A stretch of DNA of 51,187 nt from Catajapyx aquilonaris (lineage: Eukaryota), in contig JYFJ02002771.1 in NCBI GenBank assembly GCA_000934665.2, positions 1 to 51,187 on the forward strand, given 5' to 3'. The stretch's first letter is position 1; every line of letters begins with the position of its first letter. The notes beneath the pieces were generated by a model. The model made no database searches, was not told the origin of the DNA, and was given only the letters and a program-made list of their open reading frames with translations. The position numbers and the translations under genes were made by a program. This document shows, piece after piece, positions 47,925 to 51,187 of this stretch.

Positions 47925-49047
47925 ATGTTTCCGAAGAGCACGCAGCAGAAGCATTGGATGTTCCGGGATGAGCAGGAACTGGCCTTGCTTCGTCGGAAAG
48001 GCAACGCTAGTTACGTCGAGCGCTTCGGGAGCAGTCTGTCGGAGGATCAGCGCCACTCGCACTTTCTAAGTACGTCGGAGGAACGTACGCTTCTTCGCCA
48101 GTATGAGCTGCAACTACGTGAATTTTGCCGGTCTTTCTCACCGCCGATGCCGCCAGGTGTTATCGGAACCTCGCACCAGTACTTCAAGCGATTCTATCTG
48201 AACAATTCCATCATGGATTACCATCCTAAAGAGATACTAGTCACATGTGTGTACCTGGCGTGCAAAGTGGAGGAGTTCAATGTGTCCATCGCTCAGTTTG
48301 TGGCCAACACACGAGGCGACCGTGAAAAGGCCATGGACATCATCCTCAACAATGAGCTGCTGTTAATGCAACAGCTGAAGTACCATCTGGCCGTACACAA
48401 TCCGTACAGGGCAGTTGAAGGACTCCTGATCGACATCAAGACCAGGTGCAAATCGTTGCAGGATCCCGAACAATTGCGACCTGGGATTGAGGATTTCCTC
48501 ACCCGTGTTTTCTACACTGATGCGTGTTTGACATACGCGCCATCGCAGCTGGCTCTGGCGGCTGTGTTGCATGCAGCGAGCAAGAAGCAGCACAATTTGG
48601 ATGCTTACGTGACAGACACGTTGTTTGGTCAGCAAGGGAAGGAAAAGTTGGGGGTGTTGGTTGAAGCTGTGCGGAAGGTCGTAACTGTTTCATTTCTCAA
48701 GTTATTTGAAACCTGGCAATACTTTTTGTCATAATCACAATATAGAATTTCCAGACCTTTCCAAACAACTCAATAGTCTCATTGAATGTTTGCAGGTGCG
48801 CTCCATGGTGAAGAGCATTGAGCCTATTCAGCGCGAGGCGGTGAGGGCAATTGAGCGCAAGTTGGAGCGTTGCCGTAACCAGGACAACAACCCTGACAGC
48901 CAGGCATACAGGAAGCGGCAACAAGAGTTGGTCGACGAGGAAGGGGACAGGAGGCATGCAAAGTACCTGCGAGACATCCAGGGGCAGAGGAGAGTGGAGG
49001 AGAAGCTGCTCAACGAAACATCCTCCGCATCGTCTTCGCCCTTGTAA
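47925..49047 (+). CDS. CCNH: Cyclin H (CAK/TFIIH subunit), ~334 aa
   Basis: MFPKSTQQKHWMF, YFKRFYLNNSIMDYHPKEILVTCVYLACKVEEFNVSI, LLMQQLKYHLAVHNPYR, YAPSQLALAA, KLERCRNQDNNP. Exons 47925-48677 and 48796-49047. Confidence 0.97.
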
Positions 49048-49792
49048 TCCCAATGGCCCATTAAAAGTTCTGCATTTTTCGTTACGTTGTGTTCGTGTTT
49101 ATTAACTAACCCGCAGGTGCTGTTACTGACATATTTCTCAGATATTGTTGCATTTCTGTGGATGATCGATACTAGTTCTTACCTTGTAATTGGCACACTT
49201 TTGTTCAAAATTATTCCTTATAAGCTGGTAGTTTTTTTACTCTTTTAATTGACGTAATATCCAAACTATGTACTTATGGAAATAAAAATGTTTTAAAAAG
49301 CTGGTGGAAAATCCTCTTTTCTGCAATTATCTTGCTGGGGTTCACTTATAGAAATATTCTGTTGTCATTTTTAACAGCTCTAAAGTCAGATTATTGTTCT
49401 ACTAGATTTTGTGGTGCAAAAGGTGCCTGATGGTGGCCCCTACAAAATTGCAGGCACTATTTAAAAGCACACACTGTATTATAAATTGGGATCAGGTAAA
49501 CTGTGTCAACCATTAATACATGATGTAACTGAGTTATGTGCAGGTAATAAATTATAATCAATATAGACTACCAGATTTAGAAGAAAATGGGAAACGTTAG
49601 GACTGCAAGGAGAAAATCGGGCGGAAAATCGAACTTTTACATACACCATAATTATATAATATCTAGAGCTATAAATAGTGTGTGATTTACCAGCAGAAAA
49701 ATGCAATCAAAAATAACTGCATGGACAACCTGATATAGTGGATAGTTATTTCAGAGCAGGATGGGGAGGTTTCTTTTTCTTTGCGGGACACT

Positions 49793-51187
49793 TCACAATA
49801 ATTCCATTATGAATATGATAATAGCACAGGCCAATCCAAGCAGCCAAATGTTAAACATACCAGAGAGTTTCTTGACAGTCAGAACTTCGTCTGCCACGTG
49901 CGATGCTGCGTATCTCTCTTCTTCAGCCCGAATGTCCTTCAGACTTCGGAGGAGGTTCATGTACAGCTCTTGCTCCAGGAACAGGTTAATAAGATCGCTC
50001 TCAAGATACATTCGAATAACATTGTTGAAGAGACGAAACAGTGCAACCTGTCCTCTGGGTACTGCTCCTGAAGTGAATGTAGGAAATAACTTGTCGTCCC
50101 CGAATTTTACCTTCAGTTCACCCGAACTGCTGGTGTATCGATACACTTCACGATCCAGCAGCACGTTAACTCCAACACAAACGAGATTCTCATGGTCCAC
50201 TCTATCTAAGCACTTGGGGATGCTGATTCCTGATTTCAGTCTTGCCATCAATTTGTTAGTTAATGTGGAATTAGCCAATGCAGCAAATTTTCTCAATATG
50301 AGATACTCCAGCAAGGTGAGTTCGCCTTCCCAATCGGAATCAAGAAATTCCTGGAATGTGGCAGGTGCGAATTCCCTCGGAGGGTAAGTGAGAAAGGAAA
50401 CCAACTTTGCCTTGTACCCAACCACAATCACCGTCGCAAATAAGAAGAAAAAGGCAGCGTGGAAAATAGAAAAATGTGTAGAGGTGAAAGCCATTGGCTG
50501 CTCTATAACGTATCGGATGACATATCCGGTCGATTTAGGAAAGGACAGGTGGTTCTTGTCTGTGCGATTCCAACGAGAGAGATAATGAGTGGCTACAGAC
50601 AACAAAATGAGGCTTGCTAAGAATAACACCCAAAACAGGAGAGGATAAGGTCTGTATATCACCCGCCATGACACGACTCCTTTTGGTTGCCTGGTCAGGA
50701 ATGTTCCATACGCATAAACGTAAACATACGTGGGAATAAAAACTGCGAACGTTTCTTCAGTGAGAAATGCAAATGGTGTAATGTCCGACTTGTTGTAGAT
50801 GAGACTGCCAGTAAGGCCATCCCATGTCCCGTTAGGATGCTGGAATTCAAGGTCCATACTTTTAATTGGCTGTAGACTTGTCTTCACCCTGGCACCCAAC
50901 AGTTCTTCAGTGACGAGTGTGGCCCTGTCGTAGATAGAAAGAGAGATCTCTCCTTCCTTCTTCTTCTTCTCTCTTGCTTCTTGTATTTCGATATCCACGT
51001 AGAATCGCAGCCTCAGCACCTTCCCATTCACGTGCTTGGTCTCGTCCCTGAAGAGCTGGTGTAAGTGTTCGAAGCCTTTCTTCCGACCCGCTGGACTGAA
51101 CGATCCCATTTCTTGAACCAGGTGATCCCCTCCTTCCCCGCAGAAGAAGCAGACTTTGCTCAGTTGGAGAGATGATCCCTTCACATC
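49793..51187 (-). CDS. Intronless divergent ionotropic receptor, 5' end outside the window; paralogue of 2753-4636
   Basis: NGTWDGLTGSLIYNKSDI, M1, pore region YVIRYVIEQP, M3 FATVIVVGYKAKLVSFLTYP (SYTANLAAFLT-equivalent), M4 LSGMFNIWLLGL. Confidence 0.9.
   Translation of the reverse strand, partial: DVKGSSLQLSKVCFFCGEGGDHLVQEMGSFSPAGRKKGFEHLHQLFRDETKHVNGKVLRLRFYVDIEIQEAREKKKKEGEISLSIYDRATLVTEELLGARVKTSLQPIKSMDLEFQHPNGTWDGLTGSLIYNKSDITPFAFLTEETFAVFIPTYVYVYAYGTFLTRQPKGVVSWRVIYRPYPLLFWVLFLASLILLSVATHYLSRWNRTDKNHLSFPKSTGYVIRYVIEQPMAFTSTHFSIFHAAFFFLFATVIVVGYKAKLVSFLTYPPREFAPATFQEFLDSDWEGELTLLEYLILRKFAALANSTLTNKLMARLKSGISIPKCLDRVDHENLVCVGVNVLLDREVYRYTSSSGELKVKFGDDKLFPTFTSGAVPRGQVALFRLFNNVIRMYLESDLINLFLEQELYMNLLRSLKDIRAEEERYAASHVADEVLTVKKLSGMFNIWLLGLACAIIIFIMELL

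Overview
Gene-dense animal (most likely arthropod) nuclear DNA with many 50-100 nt introns; not prokaryotic, and no CRISPR array. In order: a repeat/rolling-circle-like element end (~860-1230); a duplicated 3' fragment of the neighbouring separase-like gene; an intronless divergent ionotropic receptor (IR, +) lacking its pore region; a 13-exon, ~1403-aa protein resembling only the N-terminal regulatory part of separase (Three rows-like, -); cdc20/fizzy (-); CLIP3/4-like ankyrin/CAP-Gly (+); DOCK7/Zir (-) with an antisense nested 11-residue-repeat ORF in intron 2; REXO1 (+); a secreted lipocalin-like/Gly-Tyr-rich protein (+); a dual-domain C-type lectin (+); cyclin H (+); and a second, inverted IR paralogue running off the window end (-). 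Introns carry two tRNA-derived SINEs (one V-SINE-like), a deleted mariner, pogo-, hAT- and foldback-type MITEs and several minisatellites. Most notable: the nested beta-solenoid-like ORF, the protease-less separase next to cdc20, the pore-deleted IR, the lipocalin/Gly-rich fusion and a candidate 3'-tailed mirtron. All family assignments come from motif recognition by eye and recalled sequences; no searches were run, and exon boundaries are manual predictions.
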